Assembly: GCA_009914755.4 (NCBI GenBank)
Contig: CP068257.2
Span: forward strand, 36,928,001-36,992,000
Direction of reading: 5' to 3'
Source: the human T2T-CHM13v2.0 reference genome, Homo sapiens
Length of the DNA: 64,000 bases
Position 1 is the stretch's first letter. Every line of letters starts with the position of its first letter. Shown here piece after piece: positions 1 through 18,699 of this stretch. Under the pieces are notes generated by a model that was given only the letters and a program-made list of their open reading frames with translations, was not told the origin of the DNA and did no database searches. Made by a program: the position numbers and the translations under genes.

Positions 1-3000
1 AAGGGTAAAGCATTAGGAGATGAGGCTGAAGAAGTAACCGGGATCAGGTGGTTAGGGCCCTCAGGCCCTGGAGGAAGGCTGGCAGCGCTGGAGCCACACG
101 GACTGACAATGTCTAGCAGTCATCCCGGCTCCCTGTGAAGAACAGACCCTCGCTTGCAGAGAAGCGAGGACAATTAGGAAAGCAGAGTCATGATCCACGC
201 ACAGGATCACGGTGACTTGGACCAGAAAGAGAGCAGTGGAGCTGGGGAGTGACTCTTTTCAGTATTTCTCAGGTGGTACCAGTGGGATCTGCAGAGAATA
301 CATAGTTAAAGGAAATGTCTGGAACTAAACATGACTCTTCAAACGTGATCCTACTGTGGCAGAAGAGAGGCGACTTTACATTTCCTTTCCCAGGATATCT
401 TATTCTAATGAACACAGAAACCGTAAAATCAAGCCAACCAACATGATGAAAATGATTATATAAGGTACACAGCCCAGGCTGGATTTGAACTGATGAGGGA
501 AAAAAAATCTCTAGTGAAAATTCCTCTCTCTAACCACAGCCTTCTCTCCTTCCATCTCTGCCTCACCCTTGCTCTTTCTGAAGCCTTCCTGGATGCTCAT
601 GAAGCTCTCTCCTTCTTTGACTCATCCTATTTTCCCAGGACCTTTATCAACTCAGGGCTCTTCTCCCCTCCCCACAGTCAGCTCACTGTGCTCTGACTAG
701 TTCCCTGAAATTGCTCATCCTCTTACTAACCAGGAAGCTTCTACCCGCTCTTGGTCTTCTTTCTCCACCCCAGTGCCAAAGAACTAAGCACTGATGGAGA
801 AAAAGCATGCGGCTAATACTGTCTGTCTCTACCACAAATCTCATAATTTTTAAAATCCATTTGGAATTTACATTCACTCCTTAACTTCTTTTCATTCACT
901 CCTAATTCACTTCCTATATAATTCTCTACACAGCTGCTGAAAACCTTCCTTTCTGCTGCCTCTTACCCCAAAACTACTCTCACATTACTCACAAAGGTTG
1001 ACCTTGTTTTCTATATACTTTTTTAGAGTAACGAAGCCATAAAATGTAAGTTCTTTCAACCTGGACCTCCCACTCTTGGGATTTCTCAATAGCTTCACCT
1101 GTATTCTCCCCCTTCACTCTTGACTCAGAGGTAAACGCTCCCTTGCTCCCAAATCCTTTAGCAACGTAGGGTTGATAATTGCTCCTTTCCAAATTTAATC
1201 CCTGCATCTGCGCCCCTGAGACAGACACTGCCATGATTTCCCAGCTTGCTGTCTTCTCCCTCCTGCATCTCCTCCCTTTCTCTGTGACGGATATTTTCCC
1301 TGTGCAAGAGAAATTTCTTCTGCCCTAAAATAAATAATCCAAAACATCTCTTGACTCCACTTAAGCTAACATTCAATATCTCACTTTCCCTTGTATTAAC
1401 AAAAGTTAATTGAGTCAGTACGGTGCTACAATTCTCAGACACAACGATAAACATGATAGAGACCATCAACATGCCTTGGCATTTTGCCTGCTTTCTCTTC
1501 AATTACTTGCAACTTGGCTTCTACTGAGCTCCACTGAAAAAGCTTTCATGACATGACCACATCCAATCCCAAAGAAACTGTCCCCTTGCCCAGTGGTCTT
1601 CAAAACCCTCCAACTCCACAGTGTCTCATTAACTCCAACTCATTTCCTACTAAACATCTCTTCTCAGCTCTTCAAAGTCAAAGATTGCGAACCAAATCTA
1701 CAGACTTCTCCTCTCTTCTCCTTTGGGTCCAACTCCATCCTTCTCCATGAAACTTCTTATTCCTAGAAATGGTGTCTGCACCTTTTAGGCTTCCAGGCTT
1801 GAGCCTAGAGTCATCTTTAACTCTTTCCATACCCAGACTCCCAAGACCCAGTCAGCTGTTTAGGTGTCTCCTCTGTATGCAGCACTTACTGTCATTGCCC
1901 TGGTCCATCTCCCAGAGCCCACATCTTGTCCCACTGTCTGCAAAGCCTTTCCTATATGCTGGATATAAGTGCAAACTCCCCCTAAAATCCCATTGAAGTT
2001 TTTACTTTTTTCTATCTTCTTTTTTTACTTCTTTTTATCTTCCTCTACTCACACAGAAGTGCTCCAATTATGAGGACCTTATTTTATTCCCTTTACTGTC
2101 AAACACAAAGCCAACATGCCATACGAAAAGATAGTACTGTGCTTCCTTCAGTGCCACTCTAGCACGCCCACTCCAGCACACCCTTCTTGTGCGGGTGTAT
2201 GCTCATGTGATACTATCACAGGCAACACTTACTATGCAATACGTTTTCCACAATCACAATATTTCCACAATATTGTGATATGAGCTCATTCTTCAGGCCT
2301 TGACACAAGCGCCCACAAACCTAAGAGAATGCATTTTCATTTTTATGATACACAGTTTTCGACTGCTCCACTCTGGCTGCCAAGGCATTCCTCCTCCAAA
2401 TCACAATGTCTATATCAAAAGAAGAACAATGAGGGAGAGCTGGAGGTAGCGCTAAGAAACAACCTGGTCCAGCTCCCAGGTCTCATAGAGAACACTCAGA
2501 ACACGCTTGTTAGAGGTATCTGCTCCTGGCCTCAGCTTCTCAGAAGCAATTACACATCTTCTGGGTAAACGTGGAGTGTGCAGCACAGAATACCAAAGCT
2601 GAGCTTCCCATTGTACCTGGTTGTTGATCTCCTCGTTGACCTCCCTCAGCTGAATATTTCTTAAGAACAGTGTTCAATTAATCCAACTATCCCTGGTGGC
2701 TGGCAGGATGAATCAGTTATGACTTATTTCATGTTTGTGGGTGGGTGTATGAAGTGGTCCTCAAAGGAGATTTTTGCTCTCTGCAGACAGTCTGCCTGTC
2801 TGTAGGTCACTTCCTGCCATTTCCTTTGAGTGGGAATATGAGCCAGGGTGTTGGAAGAAGGAAGAGTCCAAAAGATGTCTCAGGGAATGTCCCATAGCCA
2901 TTGGCCTGGTCTGCCCTAGATAACTTCTGAGCCAGGTCACCCTAAAGTGCTACATGAAAAGTCATGGATTTTTTTTCTAACTTGTTGATCTCAAATGTCG

Positions 3001-4192
3001 TGATTTGGCATGAATATCTAGCTTCCCATGTTGCAGCTATGGATTTATTCTTGCCAAAATATTGGGGATTGGGCTGGAGAGGGAAGAAGGTACGAAGATG
3101 CATTCTGTGTTGCTCAACAAGATCTGCATGGCCTCAACCAATGCGTGTTTGACCATATGGATATTTACAAACCCCACCATCAACTCACCAAAATGAAGAG
3201 TGTCTTAGACTTATTCTCACAAGACAAGAGGGAACGCTGCCTCTAAGGAGTCTCTCTGGGACACCTGGGAGAGATTTATTTAATGGTAAAGCAAGGAAAG
3301 GAAAAGATGAACAGTGACCTGCAAATCATTAAAGAGGGCGACTCGATCATAGGCAAGGGCTTTTATTAGTGCTAAAATTCCACTTCAAAGTTTGCTGATT
3401 CATGGATGCTTTTTGTTTTGCTGTTTATGTTGTAGAAACTGATTTGATTTTCATAGACAAAATAACTAGGCATTTATAACCACATATAGGTATGAAAGAA
3501 AGATAAAATGATGCCCTTAGCCCAGTCAGAAATACTCTTAACCATCAAAATAGTTCCCTGAATCTAATAGGCCAACAATATTCCAACACCAGAACCTTTG
3601 CTACCATAGCCAGAATTTTTAAGACTGCACCACTGTTAAGTAGAGGCAATTTTTAATACTTAGGGTCTAACCACAAGGCATAAAATGCAAAAAAAAATTA
3701 CATAATCCTGTACTTTTTAATAATTAAATGAAAATACATAGACTCTAAGCAGGAAAATATCTGAGATCCTTAAAACGGTATAATCATAATTGTTCTACAT
3801 TGGTAATATGTGTGATGATATTTTTCTCCAAAAAAAATTCTCTACCATTTCATTCTCTTTAATTTCTTCTAGCCCGTAAGGTCTAGCAAAGAGGAATACC
3901 TGAAAAGATGCAAATTGTACCCCTGTGCTGTTCAATGACAGCAAAAATTGCAGCTCCCCAACCCCACCTCTTATGTCCCCTGAGCAATCTGTGATCACTT
4001 GAGGGTGAGGACAGTATATTGCCCCAATAAACTGGCTTTCCACCAAGTACCACCAAGAAATCAAAACAGCTTTTATTTTATTGTGTCATCATATATAAGT
4101 TAATAGTTCATAATTAGTTCAAAATTTAAAATTATGTTCTAAAAATAAAGCTTTCTAAGTCAATGTAGGCAACGATTCCAAGATCCTTATAG

Positions 4193-4537
<345 letters not shown>

Positions 4538-4601
4538 AGTCATATGATTTCTAAAGAGAAACTGAACAGTTATTTGTAGAAACTCTGCAAAGCATGACTT
4601 T

Positions 4602-5042
<441 letters not shown>

Positions 5043-6119
5043 CTAAAGGCATCATCTGAAGGCTCCTAGAGTATAGAGAAGTTCAGAATAAGGACCCCAA
5101 ACTATTGCACATCCTGACACTAACTAGCTGTAGCTGTGCACCCTGGACAGGGAGAGATCTAAACAGCTAGTTATCTTACTTCACCGAAATCTACAACTAA
5201 AGATGTCTATCCACGTGTTATAGCTTTGGCTTCCCTAATCTAGATGTTCAATCTACTTTTCTGCAATTTGGCAAAGTAAAACACACATATACAGTAATGC
5301 ACAATGTCCTGATTGTTGGGGTTTATTATTTGTTTTGCATTTACGCTTCTTAGGTATGTAACATGCCAAAGTCATGGGAGCTGAGTCTTTTGAAACAGAG
5401 GCTTCTTTGGGTGCAAATATTAATTTTCTATGAAAAAAAGAGAAAGTACAAAGAAAAGAAAAAACAGCAGTAATACAGAAATGAATATCTTCCTTGTCTA
5501 GGACACAGTGTTTTTTTTAACCTAGATTTCTTTGAACACAGACTGACACAAAAATTAAATACTATTGCTCCATTGGAGAGGTGCAAACCTGGGGCGGTGA
5601 GAGTGAGGGGAAGCGAGTGAGATTGTCACTACACTAGCTTCTGGGGACATGGAGACAGCCAGTCACTGAGCCCCTGCCTTCCCTTGGCCATGCAGATGCC
5701 TCTGATAGGTTACACGGAAAAATTCTACCTCACAGCAGCCCATGGGGTGGAGGAAAAATAGGAACTTAGTTGCCTACATTCTTCCTGCATCCCCTTCCTC
5801 ATTGGTCAGAGTCACCCTGCATGTCTGGGTTGTCACCTGCTCCCAAGGTGACCACTCCAAAAGTCAGGTTCTACGCCCGGTGGTGGGGTGCTTCATCCAA
5901 GTACAGAAATGCCAAGAGGATCCGGAAACCTTTTGACCTGGTTGCTGAGTCACAGGAAAGAAGGGCCAGCCCTCCTGGGACAGGTAACAGGCTGGCCCTG
6001 AGCTGTGGAAGCCCTCACACCCAGAAGGAGTCAATCTGCTGGGGTGGCCACTGAGACCGAGCAGGAGCTGAGGGTCCTGGAGTAATAGATGGAGGCCCAT
6101 GAGATGTGTTCAGACACAT

Positions 6120-6500
6120 AGTGTGTTTGTCAACTGCAATGTGTGTGTGCCCCCAAAATTCATGGGTTTAAATCCTTACCCCCAAGGTAGCAGTATGAGG
6201 AGGAGGGGCCTTTGGAAGGTGACTAGGTCATAAGGATGGAGGTCTCATGAATTGCATTAGTACCTTTACAAAAGGGACCCCAGGGAGATTCCCTCACCCT
6301 TTTGTCACAGTGTGAAGACCCAGCAAGAAGATGGACATCTATGAATCAGGAAGAGAGCCCTCACCAGAACCCAACCCTGCTACACTCTGATCTCAGACTT
6401 CCAGCCTTTAGAACTGTGAGAAATAAGTTTCTGTTGTTTATATGCCACTCAATGTATAGCACTTTGTTACAGCAGCCCAAGCTAAGACAGCCTATTATGT
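6120..6500 (+). mobile_element. Ancient LTR-type repeat fragment (MaLR/MST/THE-like). It carries the terminal motif '...ccagcctttagaactgtgagaaataagtttctgttgtttatatgccactcaatgtatagcactttgttacagcagccc'.
   Basis: I recognise the characteristic motif string of a common mammalian LTR family. The subfamily is not determinable by eye. Confidence 0.4.
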
Positions 6501-6823
6501 ATGAGCAGGTGGCTTTGAGATAATTGAGAAAACAGAGACTATAACTACAACCAGCCAGAGATGGGATCATTGCAAATGGGACTCGGGTTCACACAAGGTT
6601 TGTGACACACACACAAAAAAACATAAGGCAGATAAATCAGCAAGGGTAGCAGTCAGGAATTGACAGACGATTAATGGATTGAGGAAACAGAATAGATAAT
6701 TTAAAAGCAAACCTTTGTACACAAAAGAATTCAGGAGGTGATAAAAGTAACATTTTCATATCAGTTGGAAAGTAAGTTATTCAATAGCAACAGAACAATC
6801 ATTTATTGAGGAAAAATAACTAT

Positions 6824-7910
6824 TTCTTTCCTGGTTCAATCTTGGGGTGTTGTATGTTTCCATAAATTTATCCCTTTTTTTCTGGGTTTTCTAATTTTTG
6901 TGCACAGAAATGTTTTTTAATAGTCTCTGAGGTTTTTTTTTTATTTCTGTGGGTTCAGTGGTAATGTCCCCTTTGTCATTTCTGATTATGCTTATTTGGA
7001 TCTTCTCTCTTTTTTCTTTATCAGTCTAGCTAGTTGTCTATCAATCTTATTTATTCTTTCAAAAAACCAACTTTTATTTTTGTTGGTCTTTTGCATGGTT
7101 TTTTTGTATCTCAATTTCATTCAGTTCAGCCCCGATTTTGGTTATTTCTTTTCTTCTGCTAGCAGTAAGTTTGGTTTGCTCTTGTTTTTTCTAGTTCCTC
7201 CAGGTGTGACATTAGGCTGTTAATTTAAGATCTTTCCAACTTTTTGATATCAGTGTTTAGTGCTATAAACTTTCCTGTTAACATTGCTTTAACTGTATCC
7301 CAGAGATTCTGGTATGGTGTATCTTTGTTTTCATTTGTTTCAAATAATTTATTGATTTCTGTCTTAGTTTCATTGTTTACCCAAAAGTCATTCAGGAGCA
7401 GGTTGTTCAATTTCCATGATTTTGAGAGATATTCTTAGCATTGATTTTATTTTTACCGTGCTGTGGTCTGAAAGTACGGCTAGTATGATTTCAGGGTTTT
7501 TTTTCATTTGTTGCAAATTGTTTTATAGCCAAGTGCGTAGTCAATTTTGAAGTATGTGCCACGTGTAGGTGAAAAGAATGCATATTGTGTCGTTGTTGGG
7601 TGCAGTGTTCTGGAGATGTCTGTTAGGTCCATTTGGTCAAGTGTCAAGTTTAGGTCTCAAATATGTTAAGTTAGTTTTCTGCCTTGATGATCTATCTAAT
7701 ACTGTCAGTGAGATGTTGAAATCTCCCACTATTATTGTATGGTTATCTAAGTCTCTCACTAGGTCCCTAAAATTTGATTTATGAATCTGAGTGCTCCAGC
7801 ATTGGGTGCATACATATCTAGAACAGTTAAGTCTTCTTGTTGAATTGGACCCTTTATCATTATATAATGCCCTTCTTTGTCTTTTTTGATCATTGTTGGT
7901 TTAAAGTCTG
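6824..7910 (-). mobile_element. L1 (LINE-1) ORF2-region segment in antisense orientation; this is the 5'-inverted part of a twin-primed L1 insertion
   Basis: The reverse complement matches L1 ORF2 sequence (e.g. cagactttaaaccaacaaagatcaaaagagacaaagaaggccattacataatggtaaaggg ... ggataaatttatggaaacatacaacaccccaagattgaaccag). It is diverged ~10-15% from L1HS as I remember it. Confidence 0.85.
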
Positions 7911-10624
<2,714 letters not shown>

Positions 10625-10818
10625 CTAAATCCCTATCTCACATTATACATCTAAAAAATCCAAATAGATTAGATTTAATTAAAAATTAAACCATAAAACA
10701 CAGAAAGAAAATACAGATGAATAGTTATATAATTTAGGATGAGAACAGCCTCTGTCAGGATGAACTAAAGAATTCACAAAAAAAAATGTTAACAAATTAA
10801 ATGACATGTTAAAAATCT

Positions 10819-11120
<302 letters not shown>

Positions 11121-11489
11121 CTATATATTGAAAGACTATAAAAAATAGTTTTGGTTTTTTTCTCAGTAAAAAAATAATATATCCATTGTCAAAAATTTTC
11201 TATTTTCAATATTATTATTTAATAGAAAAATTTCAACAATTTCTGGAGAAAATATATGAAACACATTTGACAGAGTTTTAACATCCTTAACATAAAGGAT
11301 GTAACTTATATGTTACATCCTTAACATAATTTTCTTTGTTCAGTTAACAAGTTTTTATTGAGTATCTATATTGAAATATGCACTATGTCTGACACTGGCA
11401 ACACATTTGAGGAAATAAAGAAGAAAAATTCAAGTCCACATGGAAAAATGGACTAAGGACATGAAAAAGTATAAATCATCAGTACACTT

Positions 11490-12180
11490 CTAATAAAGTT
11501 AATAATCAAAGAAATGCAAATAAATGTGACCTATCAAGGTCTTGCTATTTGTACTGTCAAATTATAAAAATACAATAACAAATATTGGCAGATATTGGGG
11601 AAACAAGTAATGTCATATACTGGTATGTGCTTAAACTGGTAAAAGTCTTCAGAAAGGAAATTGGAAATATATGTAAAAATTTTGGACAGTTGCATATTCT
11701 TTGTTCTAGAAATTCTACTTATATGATTAGAACCTAAGGAAGTTATCATAGATTTAATCAAAGATAGTTACAGGATATTCAACATAGCCCTGTATATAAC
11801 AGCCAAGAATCTGAAGCCAACAAAAAATATTTAGCTTAAAATGTATAGAATATACATAGGATGAAATTGCATAGGTCACTAAACAGTTTCTAGGGACATG
11901 GAAAAAAAAATGCCATATTGCAGAAATGCAATATTTTGGGATGATAAAAGGGCAGTTTCAAAAAATTGAAAAAATAGCAGTTACTATGACCTCTTTTGGC
12001 AAAAATAATTATATGTAATATTGTTCATGGAAAAATAGACTGGAAATATAACGATTAAAATGTTAATTGTATCTGGGTTGGTGAGATTACATATAATTAT
12101 TATATATAATCTTTACTTTTTTAGATTGTTGTTCACAGTGACATCAAGATTTGTCATGGGAGAAAAAATGAAGAAGATTA
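11490..12180 (+). mobile_element. Probable ancient L1 (L1M-type) 3'-end fragment, heavily diverged
   Basis: Loose resemblance to old L1 3' sequence (aaagaaatgcaaataaa..., tggcagatattggggaaac..., ...tatacataggatgaaattgcataggtcactaaa). The identification is weak. Confidence 0.35.
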
Positions 12181-15155
12181 TTATTTTGTAGTCACCCAAG
12201 GAGAGAAGAAGTCACATCTCTGGAGATAGGAGGAGATAGGGCATATGAGCCAATCACATTTCTGCAGCCTTTTGTGGATACAAAAGGGGTGGGCCAAGCC
12301 TTTCCAATATCCCTTTTCCTCCTTGGTACCCAGACAGACTATATTTACCAGCCTCCTTTGCAGCCAGGTGTGGTCATGTGACTCATTCCTGGTCAATGAA
12401 AGGTAGATGGAAGCCTGGCCTAGGAAACAGGTCTACATGCAATCTTCCATTCTTCTCCCACCCACTGGCTGAAAAGAAAGGCTTCTGAGGACACAGAGTG
12501 GGGGGAAGGCTAGGTAGAGGCTGGATGGGAAGAAAGCGGGGTTCTCTTGCTCCTCTCATCAGAGAGCTACTGAGGAGACCCACCGCACCCAGACCCCCAT
12601 ACTGGACTGTTACAGGAGTGAGAAATAAACTTTGTTTAGACCACTGAAATTTGAGAGTTAGAGCTATTAGCCTACCCTGATTAACGCTGGGGTAGCCCCT
12701 CACATCTGCCCAGCACCCTCAGCAGAGCCTAACCCAATCATCCAAGGTTACCCAATAGAGAACTCAGGCTTCCACTAGAGTAGCCGTCACATAGAGTTAC
12801 TGGGTCTTCCAGGTTCTGCCACCTCCACCGTGTTTTGTGGGACTCTCCACTGAACTCACAAAGCACATGTATTCAGCTACTCCAAAGCTATGTGTACTCA
12901 GGAAGAGAAAGTTCTAAATGTTTCTGTGACCTTGTGCCACTGATATCATGGGTTCTATCCTTCAGAGTGCTAAGAAAAGTGTTAAATCTCCAGAATAGCT
13001 TTGGAAAAGTGGAGAAATTTGAGACTTTCTCTATTTTTAGTTGCTAATATGCATTCCTGAAAAGTTTATTTAAAGCCACAAGGAAATATTTCCATATTGA
13101 ATTTCAATATTGCAATATACTATTTTAGAATAAAATGGAAAGATCCAGGACATAGAGCAGCTGAGAAGCTACACAGTTGGCCCCTGGGCTTCACTCAGAC
13201 AGTGCTTCTCTAGGCTGCAAGTCATAAGTCTTTGTGTCACCCACTTTTAGAAGACATCCCCCGGACTTCTGGGACCAACCTGAGGTTTGTAGGAATCTCT
13301 GAGGATCAATGATCAAACATATATTAGCTTGAAAAAAAACTAATATATGTGTATGTTTTTTTAAAAGGTTAAGTTTTTAACAATTTAGACGTCTTGGCAT
13401 TATACTCTGAGAACGTTAACCAATGAGAATAAGAGTGACAATTTAGATGTAAAACCTCTTAAAGGTAAAGATAAAATCCTAACCACATGGGGAAAACCAT
13501 GTGTTCTGTGGATGATTTCCCTGGATTTCTCAAAAGACTCTTAGAATGTTCTGGGTATGACTTTGGGGGCATCTGTTCTATGAAGATGGGCACCCCAGCA
13601 TCACCTGCATATTAACCCTTCTTCTTGCTCCTAAAGATGCAGAATTAGCTGAGATTAGGAAGATGTACAAAGTGTTCTCCCTGCACTTCAACTAATGAAC
13701 AAAACTTTTTAAAAATTACTTATGATTTGGAACTATTTTATCATTTTATATATCCTATGGCAACTGGCATTTTATATTTAATTTTATCATCTTTTGCTTT
13801 TTTTCTTTGATCTAAATCAGGATGCTAAGTTTTGGGGGGTCCTACAGTTTTGGCAGAGACCTCATTCTAAAAAAGAGGTACCAGACTATTAAGGCAGAAT
13901 CTGCTGAGGGTGGCCCCAAACCTGGTCTGGTGAACCTCACTCAACTCATCATTGATTTCAAGGGCACAGAAGAGGCAAGGAGATGACAGCAGGAGAAATG
14001 GACATGTACCATGGAGAAAGGGGACCAACCACACCTTCTGTCCAAACTGAGATTTCCCAGCCTGAAACAGGTCAACACTGGGGTTAGCAAGAAACTTTAA
14101 ACTGAATAGGAGATTAAAGTAATAAGAAGATGAGTACTATTATTGTTACAAATTATATTGGTAATAGTTTTAAGTTTCATTCTTTAAGACAGGGTGAATC
14201 ACAGTCCCTTCTCTCAAGGTCCTTGTCAGCATTCTACTTTTCCAAGGACATTCAAAAATTTCTCATCCAAAGTCAAACATTAGTGTGTGTGCCTCAAACA
14301 AGAAATAGTTTTCCATCAGTCTCCAAATCCTTGAATAGTAAATGGCAAAAGTATGGAAATGCAAGATGGAGTGGGGCTTAATGTTGCCACAACATTCCTA
14401 CAATACTGGGATAGTCTTCCTTGGGAATTACTTTCTTTCCTATCACGTATCAATAAGGAAAGCCAAATGTAGAAATAAAGAAATCTCCCCGATTTACTTA
14501 ACACACGGAGGTGACAGTTACAGCGCAAATTGAGGGAAGAGTAAATGATTTCAACAAATGAACCAAAAACACTTAAAAGCCACATTTAAGAGAAATGGAG
14601 TCATAAAGGCAATATTTGTGAGCAGATAAAAAATCAGCACAGAAAAAGGTGAGAAATACACAATGTCTTTCATCAAGGTGCAAGGAAATGTAAAATAACA
14701 TTAAAAGTACCAACTACATAATTTGAATATAAAGAGAACAATAGCAAGAAAGGAGAGGGGAAGTGATGGCGATATGGAGACACAGTCTCTTTTGCATGCA
14801 CAGGGCAGAACCGGTGCCTCAGGCTGGAGGGTGTCTGTGAGTACCCCACAATGAAGGCAAAAGAGCACCCAGCATTGAAGCCACAGACCTTGCTCCATGA
14901 ATCCTAGCTGATGGGCTGGCACAGAGAGATCAGGAGCAGAACAAGGAAATCCATAGGAGGATCCTCCCAAAGTACTTTTTTTTCTGGTCCAAAAATCCTT
15001 AAATCTGTCAGAAGCAGGAGGTTGGAGTGGGAGAATTGCAGAGCCTGGAACACACCTGCCTGCTGATGACCCATTCTGAGGGGGTTCTTTCCACTTGGCA
15101 GCAATGGACTTGGTAAAAAAAATAATAGATCCTTCTCCATGGATCCCATTTCCCT

Positions 15156-15182
15156 TTTTTTTTTTTTTTTTTTTTTTTTTGA
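15156..15182. repeat. poly(T) mononucleotide run (~27 T), followed by a ~20 bp Alu-tail-like stub (gagatggagccccaggc)
   Basis: Run read directly from the sequence. Confidence 0.8.
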
Positions 15183-15457
15183 GATGGAGCCCCAGGCAGA
15201 ATTAAAGACCAACTCTGGGACCCAAATTTTTAGAGGACAAAGGTTGATATAATGGCCAGCACGATTTAGTCATTTAGATTTCAGGTCTAACTAACTGATG
15301 ACAGACTTTAACAAAATCACTGAAAGAAATTTAACGTCAACCTTAAATAACAGTAGAGGCAGGTAATATAACAAATAGAGTCAAAATGGTTTATCTAAAG
15401 GTCTAAGCCCAAGAAACATCCAACAATAAAATTAATCTAAAACAAATTTTTTAATAA

Positions 15458-15799
<342 letters not shown>

Positions 15800-18699
15800 T
15801 GACAGTAGTGGGACTGTCCAACAGCAAATGACCCCATCTAAGCACTCAGGACAGAAGCCATTTTAGGTCATGAAAATTATACAGATTTTGTGAGTGAAGG
15901 GCATTTAGTTCTGAGCAGAAAGTAGTCTTGCAAAAGGGAAATTTGCAACAACAACAAAAAAGGACAAGGAGGGTGACAATGTCAAGCAAATGATAACCCT
16001 GCTGGAGCTTCAGAAGGAACCAGCTACATCCCTTTCCTGCTTCTACAGATGCTATGGCAGCCCCAGAGGCGTCCCACTAGGATCTCCCTTCAAGAAAGAA
16101 TCTAGCATGCATCTGAACAACCTCCAGCTGTTCACACCTCAGGCCCTGCCTCATCCCAGACAGCCCTGAGCCAATCACTGACACAGCAGGGTACTAGAGC
16201 CTGGTCATTTCTGCCCAACCCGGGGCCCCTCCAAAGGCAAGCTCTGCTCCAGACCTCCCCGTTGGGTTGGTCAAACTATCAAATCTGTACCTGGTCTGAG
16301 GCTCTCCCTGCCCAGTCTTGCTTCATCCTCATTTTATCCTTCACAGGCACAGCCCCCTTCCCCCTCCAATAAAACACTAACATTCCTAATTCCGTCTCAA
16401 CATCTGCTTCCCAGGGAACCTAACTAACACAATACTCCTAAAACCAATACCAGCAAAAAGTGACTTTCCAAGCCCCTACATGAAGACTCATTTTCTGGAA
16501 AATAAAATTTAATATAATTCCAATTACCCATGACGCTATTTAGCCATTTCAAAGGAAATGAGAAAGCTTCCCAAATTGTGGTCCTCATGGAGTGAACTGA
16601 TCATCAAATGTTGCTGTTTACATGAGGGCACACAATAATTAGGGTTGTATGTAACATGCTACTTTCAGATTTTCAGGTAAGTCTAAATGCTTTTAATTGA
16701 TGCAAGAATAATAAGTCCTTCAGTTGATTTATGTCATGCATTAATATCAATCAAAAGGTTTTCTAACACATACTTTTTAATACTATAAAATGTGGGGTTT
16801 TTTTTAATGTCTTTTTTTTCTTATTCAGAGCCACATTTCTTCACATGGTATGTTTTACCTAACCTAAGGGTTATGTTGTTCGTTTGTTTTTAATTTCAGG
16901 TTTGAGGAATCAAGTAACAGGTCTTTCTAAATCCTTTTATTGGATATATGTTAGTTTTCCATTATCATAAAAGACTGAGGAACAGGAACAGCAGCATATT
17001 GTTTAAATGATTCACAGGTAAAAATATCTTCTCCCTCTTGGTCTGTTTTCTTTCCTGATGTCTTTGCTCATTGCCAACATTGTCTATTTTATATATAATT
17101 CTTGCAGGACATTGTGCCCTGAAGGTGAAGTTGGACAGGTAAGGAGATGACCCAACACCCCTTGTCACACCTGCAGGCTCTAGGTCACTTTTGTAACACA
17201 CAATGAAATGGGTAAATTCTACACAATCCTTTTTTTTTTTTTTTCAAACAATAACAGAAAGTAAATATTTGAACTGGGGGCTTTTTCAAACAACACAAGT
17301 CAGAAAAAATTGACTTGTTTTTGACTGTTACTTTAGGCATATATTTTTGATTAATGACAATTAAATGTAAATATAAAGATATTTTAAACTTGAGGTTTTA
17401 AAACAAAGAATGCAAGAATCACCTGGTTAAAGTTAGATATTTTGTCAGTCTCAAAGTCAGTTGGCTGGATAATACCATATCATAAAATTTTATAAGACTA
17501 ATTTGAAGGTCCATATGAATTGGTATTATTGTTCATTTTTCAATATTGATCTTAGCAGTGTATTTACAGCATACAGCAGAGTTAATGTTTAATACAAACA
17601 AACAAGACTTTCCAGAAAATCTACAAAGAATCACTAACTAATAGCCATGCTTCAGTTAAATTTGTTTACTTTTTAAAGTACATTCTCAGAAGTAACATGT
17701 ACTCTCAATTAAGCAAAACACAACCAGAATTTTGGAATTTGATCTTTAAAATAATAAAAAAACTTTCTCTGCTATTTACAGCCTTGGTTAAAATCCCAAC
17801 ATCTGGATACCAGAATCTGAGCAGCAAAATCCACGGAGACACATGTGCAATTTTATGCCTGCAAGCTCACTATTATTTAGAACGAAACCAACGTAGTGCA
17901 TCTACCCTTGTTTCTTGCTACACAGAATGTATCCAGAGTACAAACTAATGTAGATTATTATAAAACTCAGTGTGTAGATATTATATATATATACACATGC
18001 ATACATACACGCACATATATAACTAAAACAAAATCTTCAAAAATAATACTTTTTCTTTCTGTATGTGATGTGCCCTGATAGTTTCCACTTTACTCCATCC
18101 CATTTCCTTTTGTTAATACTGGCCTTGACTCACTTAGACAAATGGGTCATGACCTGTAGTTTGGAAAACAGGGCTTTCCAGCCTGGCTTTAAAGAGGCTG
18201 GTCCTCAGGCCAGCAGAACCAGCAGCACCTGGGGGTAGTTTGTGGCGCACAATCTCAAGGCCTGCCCTAGACCTACTGAACTAGGATCTGCTCTTAGCAA
18301 GGTCCCCAGGTGACTTATGGATGTATTAAAGTTTGAGAAGCCGTCCTCCTGCATGCAAAAGTACAGAATGAGTATCTGTGATCTGAACTACATTTAAATC
18401 GATAATGCACCTCTTAAACTGTCTTTGTTCAAAGAACTTCTATCCTACTGAGCTCAAGGAGCAACACAGTTTCTAGCAAGATAGGTGCAAAGAAAAATTC
18501 ACTTTCAATTTCATCAACTGCTTCAAGAGGTTGCAGGGACTGGCTGACCTGGTATCCCAGCTCCTGCAGGACCGAGAGTGTGGGAGGTGGGTTGAGGGGA
18601 GGTACTGAATTGACTGCAATAGATCCATGAGCATATAAAAGTGTGCGTGTTTGTTCTTATTCCTGGGAGAAAATATATAGTATTCACCTAATTTTAAAA

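Noticed and set aside
15156-15215. poly(T) plus gagatggagccccaggc as an antisense Alu
   Set aside because: Only ~20 bp of Alu-tail-like sequence follows the T-run, which is not enough to call an Alu. It is listed only as a mononucleotide repeat.
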